Part shown: one piece after another, positions 32,501 through 44,400 of the stretch | How positions within the stretch are numbered: the first letter of the stretch is position 1 | Layout of the letters: each line of letters starts with the position of its first letter | Source: Paraspadella gotoi | Taxonomy: Eukaryota; Animalia; Chaetognatha | Reading direction: 5' to 3' | NCBI GenBank assembly: GCA_051294375.1 | Contig: CM119268.1 | Span: 7,274,861-7,338,860 of the forward strand | Length of the DNA: 64,000 bases | Notes under the pieces: generated by a model | Database searches by the model: none | The model's input: only the letters and a program-made list of their open reading frames with translations | Told to the model about the DNA's origin: nothing | Translations under genes and position numbers: made by a program

Positions 32501-33041
32501 AATTCAAATTCAGTTGCAGGTTTCTGAATATCTAAATCAACCTCATTTTCTGGCAAGTCAATATTAGCATCGACCTTGGGTCCCTTTTTCTTGAAACCAA
32601 ATTTGGGTAAGTTAATCTCAGGCAAATCAAATGACACATCAGCTGTAGGTTTTTCTAAATCAATATCAAGACCGGGCGCATCCCCATTTAGTTCAGGAAC
32701 ACTCACTTCTACATCGGTTTTTGGAGATTTTCCTTTCAGACTTATATCTGGCAGGTCAATTTTAGGCATGGTTAAGTCTAACTTAAAGTTCCCATCTAGT
32801 GACGGCACATCAAGTTTCTTGCTTTTATGACTAATATCTAAGTCCGTACTAACATTACCAGAAGGTAGATCAATTTCAACTTCCCCTCCCGATAAATCTG
32901 TATCCATGGTTGCTGTTGGTGCTGGACCATCCTTATGATCTGGCGAGTCTTTGAAGAGCTTGAAGCTTTTAGTTGTACCTCCTCCGGAGATCTCTGGACC
33001 CTTCAGATTGACTGAAGGAAGATCCACGTCCAATGCAGGTC
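17573..33041 (-). CDS. AHNAK/periaxin-like giant repeat protein, giant terminal exon B (about 15.5 kb, about 5150 aa)
   Basis: Acceptor CAG at 33044-33042 (phase 1, xGA CCT GCA TTG). ORFs 30607-33033 and 17573-30625 are joined by one missing base near 30647 (compare the intact copy at 31041-31060). Repeats of LDIDIEKP...DLHMPxxxLPKFxxKGK resemble AHNAK-family K/P/D-rich repeats. Ends HELQWSK*. Confidence 0.85.
18973..20790 (-). repeat. Nine dispersed copies of protein motif (KFKGPSCLxGEK)PDPYLLxLxGP
   Basis: Counted in the translation of ORF 17573-30625; PDPY codons near 20745, 20538, 20132, 19980, 19766, 19562, 19446, 19305, 19005. Confidence 0.93.
30480..31620 (-). repeat. About three highly similar 402-nt (134-aa) tandem units in exon B
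   Basis: Equivalent positions at 30641, 31042 and 31444. Confidence 0.9.
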
Positions 33042-33236
33042 CTGATTATGAAGAGTAAAATAGAAATTTCAGTTTTATTTAGATAAAATTTTTTTAAAAA
33101 TATTCCACATTTAGATATAAATTTTTTGCGTGGAAGTTAAGCTTTAATTTTGCTGAAATTAAGTTTTACTTTTTATTTGTATTTAACTTTTTCTTTTAAT
33201 TATGTTTCAAACGTACTGAAACTTAAAAATATTTAC

Positions 33237-33245
33237 CTTTCACGT
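33237..33245 (-). CDS. Candidate 9-nt phase 1-1 microexon
   Basis: Pyrimidine tract then ACTAG|ACGTGAAAG|GTAAAT; reads xAC GTG AAA G and joins exon B in frame. Confidence 0.35.
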
Positions 33246-35449
33246 CTAGTCCATAATGTAAAAAAGAAAAAAGAATGAGGGGGAAAAGAAGAAAATAAAA
33301 ATTATTATGGGCTTATCAGACAAATTTTTCGACAAACTAATGAGTATGGCCAAATAAGGTTTTTGATAATTGAAAAAAACTGTATTTTCTAGTAAAAGAT
33401 TTGATTTAAAAATTTAACATTATAAGGCCAGACAAATACTTCACTAAAAGGAAATTTTATTTTTATAGGTTAGTCTTAGTGGGGGTATTAATAAGTAATA
33501 AGGTTTACGTAAGCTGTTTCAGCTAAAAATTCCCTGGAAGGAAAATATGAGAGAAAAAACTCATATTTAAAGCTTAAAATGTCTAACCTCTACTTTTCTG
33601 TAAAACTACTAAGAGAAATAAGTATAAGCAGTATGAGAATAAAGCAGTTCTAGTTTAAATAAAAATCAATGCTCACTACTGAAAAATGAACAGTTTGATT
33701 AAAGAATTATTTATATTCTAATGTCTAATAAATGAATAGATTGAGTGAAGGATGAAAAGACTGAGTGAATAAAGAATTAATGAATGAAAAATTTCATGAA
33801 ATAATTTATTATTGAAATCTATTTCTGTAAATGAATAAAATTGTACAATTGTATATCTTTGTTTTTCTTAATAATATATTTCAATAAATCGGGATTGAGA
33901 GAGTCAATTATTAAATACTTAAAGTTGTAAATAAATGAATAAATAAATAAAAAATAATAATAATAAATAAAATAAAAATATAATTTAAATAAAAAATAAA
34001 AAAAAAATAATAAAAAATAATAATAGTAAAAATAAATTTTTAATTTTTAATTTTTTTAATAAATATTTCAAAAAATATTGTATATAAATAAAAATTTATT
34101 AATATTAAAAAAGAAACAGAGTTTGGTGAATTACTCAGTTCCCACCACTTCGACTTCAAGTAAATATTTTATAAAACTTTTTTTAAAACAAAATAGTTTA
34201 GAGGATCACTATTTGGTGATGGCTCGCAAGTATCTGGATGTAGGGATTAAAGAGCAAAGAGCAAATAATAAATGTATTCAATTTATGATATATGAATAAC
34301 ATATAATATAAAAGTTTATCAAATTTCAATTTCAATTTTTTTGAAAAAGCTTTCCCCGGTATATATCCCTATTAGAACATATGATTCTCCTCTGAAGTCT
34401 TAACCCTCAAAAAAGAAAGAAACATAAATAGATTTAATCTCATAACAAATAATCCCCTCCACCCCTTTCTGTTCAGACTTATTTAATTTTATTTAATTTT
34501 CAATAAATGACTTCCTAACAAGAATGGTGTCTAATATCTAATTAGACATCATTGTGTTGTATATAAGACAACACTAACATCCCTCTCCCCATTACATTAT
34601 AAGGGAAAATAAAAAAACAAATATAAGAAAGAATATAAATTAATTAATAATTAAATCGAATATTTAGTAAAATATATTTAACTTTTACATTCATTTTAAA
34701 ATTTAATCCAATTTAGTTTATTACAGTAAAACAAGTAATCTTGCAATTAAAAATTAAAAATTAAACGGTCAGTGCATGAATTTTGATAATTGAATAGATA
34801 ATTGGATGAACTTAAGCAATTCCCGACTACATATATGCATACATGGAAATAAATTAAAACATTATGCATAACAAATATTGATAAAAGTTTATATTATTTT
34901 ATATTTTCAATTTTTTTTAGTATTTAAAACTTCAGGATCGCTTTTAAAAATAAGTGCTCGTTTACAAATTTGCATGCAAGTTCATGTTTTAATGCGAGTG
35001 ATTCCAGGTGTTTTCATAGATAATTGCAATGATATCAAGAAGAAAAAAAGTTTATATTGATTAAATGTATTCTTTCCTAAACTACTAAAAAATTACTACG
35101 AAAACCTACTACTCATGCTTAAAATAAAACCCACTACTCATGCTAAAAATGAAATGAATGTTAGTGTTTTTAAAAAACCAGTCACCGCAACTACTTCACA
35201 CGTCAAAACCAAGCATGATACTTGTTATAAAATTAAATGAGATGGAATCTATTAAAACGTAGAAAATGTAGTTCTTTCTTGAAAATAACAAGCGTATGAT
35301 GGCTCTCTGATTATTCATCTGAATTATACATAATTAGAAATTAAAAATTTGAAATGGAGAAATTTTAAATAAGCAAAAAATTCATCGATCGAAGAATAAC
35401 TCAACCCACTCCTTCCCTCGAAAACAAATTAAAATAAAATAAAATAAAT

Positions 35450-35496
<47 letters not shown>

Positions 35497-35645
35497 CCAT
35501 GAAAAAGATACATTATAAAAGTCGGGTTCAAATACGTCAGATTTTCTCTCGCTTCTCGACTCCGCCACTTTTGGCGGGAATGGCGACGACTCTCATAGTA
35601 AGACTTTCGATTTCCCCCTTTTTTTTTTTTCATTTTCGATCTTAC

Positions 35646-36204
35646 GCGTTTTTCGATCGTCGTGTGGGTCAGATTCCTCGAAATCGGCCTCACCGACCCG
35701 CGGCGAGGAATCGAAGAAAGAATCGTCGATCGACGACCGGGTCGGCAGCGGCACCACGCGCTCGACGCTCGGGGCATCGAAGGGGGGCGCATCGACCGGA
35801 CGAGCCTCGGCGGCGTCGATCAACACGGTCGCGTTGACACGCGAGGGAGAGGAAGGCGCCGAATCGTCAGTCGGCGGCGTCATCGGCGATCGCTTGTACT
35901 CGGGCCAATCGGCGCCGAATTTCGACTTGTAGTCGGCGACGTTGACGTCGACGCGCGCCACGGGGGTTCCACGACGCCGGGACGCGTCGTCGTCGGCGTC
36001 GCCCGGCGTCACCCAGAGAGAGAAAGGAGGCAAAGGGTGGGCGTGGCCGACGACGTCCCTCGGCGCCGTCACGCGGAGTTCGGGATCGACGCCGACGCGA
36101 GTGCCGGCGTCAATTGGCGAGTAGGACGTCAAGAGCGGCGTTCCTCGCGCTTCCGCTGACTCGGAATCGTCGGCCGAAGATAGGACGAGCGTTGTACGAA
36201 ACAT
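35646..36204 (-). CDS. CpG-rich first coding exon upstream of giant exon B (186 aa, MFRTTLVLSS...)
   Basis: ATG at 36204 after an A-rich leader with no obvious acceptor; donor ACGC|GTAAG at 35646/35645 is phase 1, compatible with the exon B acceptor. Confidence 0.7.
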
Positions 36205-38114
36205 TTTCGCGGTTTTTTCGTTTGTTTGTTTTTGTTTGGTTTCGATGTTGTTTTTATTGAAATATTTTCATTGAATTTTTTGTGATCGTCGTTATGTTGA
36301 CCTTATGTTTATTCATTCAACAAATAATTTTATTTTTAACAAAGTCATAATTTTCCTTTTTTTTTCAATTCTCTTTTTGAATTTTTTTTCTTCTTATTTT
36401 CTTTTTTCTTTGCAAAATAAGAAGGCGAAGATTTTTTGGAGGTGAGTCTTTTTCGGAGGTAAGGTTTGGAGAAGGTTCACGAGTTTGCTTAAAGCTGCGA
36501 CTTAATGTTTCTTTCACTTTTTTCTGTATATTTACATTTAGTCATTTTAGTTATTTATTTTTTTGGCCAGGAAATGTTTGCTTTTATTTTAATTTCGAGT
36601 TACATTCTCTGTCACCTTATACCTTTTATCAAACAAATCATTTTTAAATGTACATTTCTTATTAATTAAATCTTATAGTTAGGTTTGTTTACATTAAATT
36701 GAGTCAAGTTAAGCAAAATTTAGACGAAAATCAATCAATCTTATATTTAAAGATTATTAGCAGACAGAAACATTGTAAAAGTCCAAGCGTATTCGCTTTT
36801 TTAAAAAAGAAGCTTTTACCGACGACACTGGCAAAGGAAGAATAAAAAAGGGAGACCGCTCGCTCAGAGAAACAAACAAACCAGAAAATAAATTGGGCGC
36901 AAAATTCCAGACGTCAACACGACATTGAATTTGGAGAGCGAAAAGTGAAAAAGGGAGATTTAATTTGCTCGACAAACAAATAATTTGTTTAATAGCGTCA
37001 TTGCGAAATTATTAGAGTAGATAAAAAAAAATTTAAATCTGAGAATAAAAAAAATATTATTAACGATCGGGGTTTCGTCGCAGAATTCCGTATTAGATGA
37101 CACCAAATAAATAATACATTATTTGTTTTAATCGCTAGTTAATGAACGTTTGTGATCTATTAAAAAAAGATAAAAATATAATGCCGTTCTCTTTGGGCAC
37201 AAAAGAATTCGTAAACAAAATACTGTTATAAATACGCATGTATAGATTTAATTTTAAACGTTTTGCTCAAATCTCTGAACGAATGTAATATTTTATAATA
37301 CTTCTTCCAAGACTTTCCCCCATCGGGCCAGACTCAGACGTCGCAATCTTTGAGGTCTTGCAGTCGAACATCTTGTCATTGCCCAGTTCGGCCTCAGCGA
37401 TCGAAGAGAACTTCGTTAAAAGAAGAGGTTTAAAATTTTTTATAGATATAAAAGTTACTAAGACATCCATTTAAATGTGCTAAAAAAACGTCATTATGCA
37501 GAGGATAAGAAAAATTCTTTTACTGTTAATTCGTGCCGACTTTTTTTTTTGCTCCTTCAATCACAAGACCTTTTTTGACAATTGTGAATACTTTCACTAT
37601 TGCGGACGTTGACTAGCGTTATTTTACCGTCAACAGTCAATTTTTTTTTTTGCTCTTTTGTCCAAAAAAAAATAACTTAAAATCGCCGATAAAAGCTTCT
37701 TTTTATTCAAGTGAGTAATTATCACAGCGAAAAAAAAAACCCCACGAAATTTTTATCTCTTTCCGATTTCGTGACGAGAATATATCTCGTGTTCTCGAGT
37801 TACGACTTTTACATCTAAAAAAAAAGGTTTAAATACCTTTTTTCTCTCTCTCTCTCTTAAATTCGTTTTAATCTTTCGTCGGCTTTAAAGTCGTCGTCGT
37901 TATTCATTGCGTATTAATTGTTTCCACAGCGATTTTCGCGTTTCCACAGTGAATTTTCTTCTTCGGCGGGGCAAAGAAGAAATGAGGACCGAAAGGAATC
38001 GAGAATTTCTCTGATCTCGAAAATCTCGATCGATTTTGATCGATTTTCTTTTTTTTTTTCTTCTTTTTTTTTAAATTCGCGTCGTTCGTTTTTATTTTCG
38101 TTGCTTCATTGCTT

Positions 38115-38157
38115 TTATTTGTGTTCTCGGTCTCTTCCCTTGTCGGAAGAACCTGGA

Positions 38158-38198
<41 letters not shown>

Positions 38199-38406
38199 AT
38201 CGAGTAGGTCTGCGTCGGGCTGCGGTCTCCGCCGCTGCCCTCCGCACCTGGGGAGGGGCGCCCTCTTTCCGGCCGAGGAAACGCCAGAGCTCCCACGCAA
38301 GTAACAGAGGCCGAGAGGGAAAATCGTGACGCCCACACGATCGATTCTGAGTCGGAGAAAGTGAATGCGAGGATCACAAGACGATCCCCTTTCGCGACGT
38401 CGCCCA
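38115..38406 (-). CDS. Candidate last exons of the upstream AHNAK-like unit (38406-38248 and terminal 38152-38115, GSSDKGRDREHK*)
   Basis: Acceptor (CT)n-GGTTCCAG|GT at 38153, phase 1, with TAA inside AATAAA; upstream 159-nt phase 1-1 exon with donor CCAG|GTGCGG. Confidence 0.45.
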
Positions 38407-38533
38407 CTTGCAAGGCAGAAAGTGAAACGAAAAGATGAGGGGGGGAATAAAGGAAAAGAATAGGAGAGTGGGGGAAAGTAGGAAAGAAAGAAAGACGGAA
38501 AGACGAAAGAGGAAGAAATGAAAAAGTCAAAAA

Positions 38534-38534
<1 letters not shown>

Positions 38535-38617
<83 letters not shown>
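38535..38617. repeat. (AAAG)n microsatellite
   Basis: Direct reading; a shorter one at 35450-35496 and (GA)n at 38161-38194. Confidence 0.95.
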
Positions 38618-38695
38618 ACTAAAAAAGGAAAAAAATAATAAAGAAAGAAAAAAAATGAAAGAAAGAATGAAAGAAAGAAAAGAAAAGAAAAAAAG

Positions 38696-38727
<32 letters not shown>

Positions 38728-39029
38728 AAGAAATGAAGATAGAAAAGATGTAAATTATACGTTTGTAAAAAAAGATCGTTTGATATGCCCGAAAGACAAA
38801 GCTTGTCAAATTCCCACTCAAAGTCACGACCTGCTTGCTGAATTTTCCAGGTAGGCTTAAGCATTTGGAATTTTTATCTTTTAAAATCTAACGATGAACG
38901 TTAATGTATTATTTAATGGTCCACACAAAAATAAAGATTAGTTAAAGATTCGTAGAATGTTACATCAATTTACTAAAGTCTGAGGCTTAGGTCAAATTAC
39001 AAAGACAACAATTTTAATTTGTCGCTTAC

Positions 39030-40343
39030 CCAAAGAGGACAATAAGCTCGGTGGGAACTCGAGCGATTTCTTTTTAACTAAATCTAAATCGAATACTTTT
39101 CCGTATTCCGATAGTGACGAAGACGAAGAAGCCGTCCAAGCTTTGGTTATACCCAAATCGCTTATAAGAGTATCCTCGTCATCCGCTGAAATATCCTCCA
39201 TGAGGGGTAAATTCACCTCGATCGTATTGTTTTCTAACGAAGTGAATAAAGAATTATTTATCGAAAAAGTTGGAAATTTCGCCGTTAAAGAGGGCGACGC
39301 CGATTTCGGACGAGTTACACTTGCAGCGGCGGTCGGTGGCGTTTTGGGATTTCTTTTGCTCTCTCTCAAACTGAATCTTTTAAATTCTCCTTTGCTCATA
39401 TTTCCCGTTTCTTCGTCGCTGTCGTCGTTGAAGAAATCTTTCAATTTTCCCACCAAGCTCCTTCTTACTTTTTCTTGTTTGCTTATTTTTCTTTTGTTGC
39501 AGAAGGAATCGTTATTATTTACGGTCTCGACGTCGCTTTGCTTTAAACTATTGTTTAATTCTTCCTTGAGAAGGTCCCAGTCTTCTTCGGGCGATGCTAA
39601 CGGATATGATGCTTTGTCCGGTGCGAGACGAGCTTCATTTTCAATCGGTTTTTCGACATGATTTGCGGCTTGACTTTGGGTCTTTGGCGGTGGCGGCGGC
39701 TTGGGATATTCTCTGGGTACGTTGATGCTACTCTTATACCTTTCACTTCGATATGAATCTAAGTTTAGTTCGATTAAGCTCGCCCGAGAAGACTCAATTT
39801 TCTGAGAAATCAAATCTGGCGATGAGATATGATACACGACCAATTTTTTTTCAGCTAATCGTCTCAAATCTTTCGAGCTTTTCGAATTATTTATATTTTC
39901 GACGCTGTTGTTTAGTATAATGTCCTCGGCGGAAGTATCTTTGCGACAAACTTTGTCTGAAGTTCTAGAACGGAGATATCGTCGTGGTTTTTTTAATTTT
40001 AAAGACTTTGCGTCTAATTCGTTTTGCAACGATACTTGAGAATTTTCCCTGAATTTATTTTCATCGTCTCCTCTCTCGTTTGTTGTCTCATCAGTCTCAT
40101 TAGTAATAATTTGAGTTTTATTTTCCTTCGTTTCTCTGTATTTTTCTTGATTTTGATCAATTTCAGTAAAGAAGTTATCTCTTCCTATTTCGCTAGAATT
40201 ACTTGTGGATGTTTTTAAAATATCCGAGTTATTTTCTGGATCGAATTCTTTGAAACGCTCTTCTTCTTTTCCTACATGATCACTAACCTGTACCTTTATG
40301 GTATGAAGAGCTTTTATGACAAGAGAGTTGTCATTTGATGATC
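39030..40343 (-). CDS. Internal 1314-nt phase 1-1 exon of the AHNAK-like locus (438 aa, non-repetitive, disordered)
   Basis: Acceptor TTTTTGCAAG|GA at 40344, donor TTGG|GTAAGC at 39030/39029; open frame, length divisible by 3. Confidence 0.72.
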
Positions 40344-41418
40344 CTTGCAAAAAGCAAAGTACTTTTTTTTATTTTAAAGCTTAGTATAATTAAATCACAG
40401 CAAACTAATTCATACTAGAAAATTGTTTCTAATTTTATAAAAGGTCAATTAAAACCTCTAACTTTTTATTAGCAACATTTTACTGAAAACCTGTATGGAA
40501 TAATTTTAAAAGATGTTCAATTTTTTAAAACTTATTTACAAATTGCAAGCTACCTTCAGCAAATGCTACTATTTTATTTAATCAAAGACAAAACTAAAAC
40601 ATAATTATGACATACTTATACACTTTAATTTGGTATGTCATTATTATTAGTGAATTGTTGAAGTAAATAAATTATTTAAGGATGAAAACACTAAGCGCAT
40701 AAAAGAGAAATTTACCTCTGTCAAAATCCTCACTCGAGCTACTTTCAAGATCATTAGTTGAAAGATTTTCTTTATTTTTTCGTTTTTTACAAAATTATTT
40801 TTATTTTGAGTTTTATTTTTGTGTGTACCATTTGTAGTAAGTATTGGGCGAATGAATCAATGATGTTTTGAAAAAAGTAATTTTAAAGAACATCAAAATC
40901 CATTAATGTAATTTTTATTGTTTTTAGAGAGCCATCATGCAGTCGTATGTCAAGACAAGGGGTAAAGAAAAAAAAATTAATAGTTAATTTTTAGGATAGT
41001 AATATTCTGACATTATATTATAATTATAAATAATGTTTTAATGTTGCATTCAAATATTTAATCAAGATGAAAAATAATATGAATAAAAAAATCTATTCTA
41101 TTCAGCATATATTTTGTTCAGAAAAAGCAATCCAAATCCAAGATTGAATACTTTGCATAGAATGAATAATAACCTGAATTATTATAAGTATGGTTGAATC
41201 CGAGAAAACTTAATAATATGTATATATTTTATAGGGAGTAGATTATTCGAAATTACAAATTATAAGAAATAACATTAACAGTTTAAATATAAATTTAAAT
41301 AATACAACATAATTCAGGTTTTTAAAAAGAATAAATCAATAGGTTTGAGGCCATGCAAAGCATTGTATTAAAATTCCTAAAATGGCAATTAGCAGACCCT
41401 AAATTTTACTGTACTTAC

Positions 41419-44400
41419 CAAACCCTAAGTCAAATTTCCCACTTTCTCCCAAGGCCTCTGAATCTTTTGCTTTGGGGCCTCTTTTCATGAGTCCTCCGAG
41501 AAAGCTACCTTTTTTATCTGGACCTTCAACCTCTAACTGGGGAATGTCTGGAATATCTATGTTAAGGTCATGCTTCTTTTTGCCAAAACCAAATTTAAAT
41601 CCTTTTTTCTTTTCCTTTTCGGATTTTGATGGTGATTTGCTCTTTTCTTTGTACCAGTCTTTCATTACTCCGTCTCCATCCAGGTCAGGAATTTCACCAC
41701 TTGCATCCAGTGTTATTTCTGCTTCAGTTTTCTTGTTTTTCCCTTTTTTAGATAAAATACCAAAAGAAAATCCTTTCTTTTTCTCTGGTTCATCAACATG
41801 TAAATCAGAAGATGGGATCTTAAAATCTAACTCAGGTTTAGAAATTTTAGCAGATAAACCCATCTTAGGAATATGAGAGCGATCAACTTCCTTATCTGAA
41901 ACAGAAACATCAACTCGAGGTGGTTTTGGTGGTGGTATATCACTGTCAATATCTAGAGATGGTGCATCAATCTCTGCGTCTAATTTTGGTTTACCTTTTA
42001 TACCAAATGATGGTAGACCAATCTTGGGCTTCTTTATATCCAAATCAACAGAGGGAAGTTTTATTTCTCCATCTAATTTTGGTATATTAATATCAAAGGA
42101 TGGCCCTTTAACATCAACATCTGGCAGCTTGGTATCTAAAGAAGGCTTTTCCACTTCAAAGTCAACTGAAGGAACACTCACATCCGCTTCTAAATTTGGA
42201 AGGTCCATGTCTGTTTTTTCAATATCCAAGTTAACAGATGGCGTTTCAATCTCTCCAGCAATATTAGGTTTATCCATTTTTATTGATGGTCCTTTAAAAC
42301 CAAACTTTGGTAATTTTGGATTAAATGATGGTAGTCCAAACTTTGGTTTCTTAACATCCATGTCTACTGAAGGTAGGTCTATTTCTGGTTTTGTAATATC
42401 AATGTCAAGAGATGGTGTGACTAAATTGGCATCTAATGATGGCTTTTCCACCTCGACAGAGGGTCCTTTCATTCCAATTTTTGGTAATTTTGGGTCAAAA
42501 GATGGTAGCCCAAATTTAGGTTTCTTCATCTCCAAATTAACTGAAGGCCCTTTTAGGTCCCCATCTAATTTCGGTAAATTAACATCAACATCTGGTAAAC
42601 TTACATCAACTGAAGGAAGATCTACACTGGGCTTATCAACTTCAAGATCAACTGAAGGAAGCCCTAGACTTCCTTCTAATTTTGCAGCTGGTTTTTTCTT
42701 TTTAAATTTAGGTAACTTTGCATTAAATGAAGGTAATTCTATTTCCGGTTTCTTAATATTTATGTCTCCATCAAATGAGGGTAAATTTATATCCAAAGAT
42801 GGTGCCTTGAGATCAAGTTCTGGTAAACTGGCATCAACAGAAGGAATATCAAGGCTGGGCTTTTCAATGTCAATGTCAATGGAAGGAAGACTTACATCAC
42901 CTTCTAATTTTGGTAGATCAACGTCTGGTTTTGTAATATCAATATCAAGAGATGGTTTTTCGATTTCTGCACCTAATGATGGTCCTTTTATTCCAAATTT
43001 TGGTAGTTTAGCATCAAATTTTGGGAACCCGATGCTGGGTTTCTTTATATCCATACCAATTGATGGCCCTTTGATATCAACATCAGGAATACTAGCATCA
43101 ACTGAAGGAATATCAAGACTGGGCTTTTCAACATCAACATCAACTGATGGAGATTTAATCTCAACATCGACTTTTGGTTTATCAAATTTTCCTTTTTTCT
43201 TGAATTTAGGTAATTTGGCTGAAAATGATGGAAGCTCTATCTCTGGTTTTTTAATATCTAAATCCATCGAGGGGAGATTTATATCTCCATCAAATTGTGG
43301 CAAATTGATATCCAAAGAAGGGCCTTTAACATCGACATCTGGCAAAGTAGTATCAACTGAAGGAAGATCAAGACTGGGCTTTTTAATATCAATATCAAGA
43401 GATGGAAAACTTACATCTCCTTCTAATTTTGGTAAATCAACATCTGGTTTTGTAATATTAATATCCAGAGAGGGTTTTTCTATATCAACATCTACTGAAG
43501 GTTTATCTACATCAAGAGATGGCCCTTTCATTCCAAACTTTGGCAGTTTAGCGCCAAAAGAAGGCAATCCAATCTTTGGTTTCTTTAAATCCATATCAAT
43601 TGAAGGCAGTTTCAGATCGCCATCTATTTTTGGTATATTAATATCCAATGTTGGTGCTTTTAAATCGACATCTGGCAAGCTGGCATCAACTGATGGAAGA
43701 TCAAGACTGGGCTTCTTTATATCAATATCTAATGATGGAAGACTCACATCTCCTTCTAATTTTGGTAGATCAACTTCTGGTTTTTTGATATCAATGTCAA
43801 GAGATGGTTTTTCTATATCAACATCTAAAGATGGTTTATCTATATCAAGTGATGGCCCTTTCATTCCGAATTTTGGTAATTTTGGCAATCCAATTTTGGG
43901 TTTTTTTAAATCCAAATCAACTGAAGGCAGTTTCATGTCACCATCCAATTTTGGTAAACTAACATCCAAAGAAGGCCCCTTGATATCCACATCAGGAATA
44001 CTAGCATCCACTGAAGGAAGATCAAGACTGGGCTTATTGACATCTAGATCAACTGATGGTGCTTTAATCTCGACATCGACTTTTGGTTTATCAAATTTGA
44101 CTGTAGGACCTTTTTTCTTGAATTTAGGTAATTTGGCTGAAAATGATGGCAGCTCTATCTCAGGCTTTTTGATATCCAAATCCATAGAAGGTAGATTGAT
44201 ATCTCCATCAAATTTTGGTAAACTGATATCCAAAGAAGGGCTGCCTACATCAATGTCTGGCAAACTGGTATCAACTGAAGGCTTTTTAACATCAATATCA
44301 AGAGATGGAACTTTTATTTCTGCATCTAAAGATGGTTTATCTATATCAAGAGATGGCCCTTTCATTCCAAACTTTGGCAATTTAGCTTCAAAAGAAGGCA

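Noticed and set aside
37267-37470. GC-richer segment resembling a small exon
   Set aside because: Phase-0 acceptor and weak donor do not fit the neighbouring exons; no recognisable motif.
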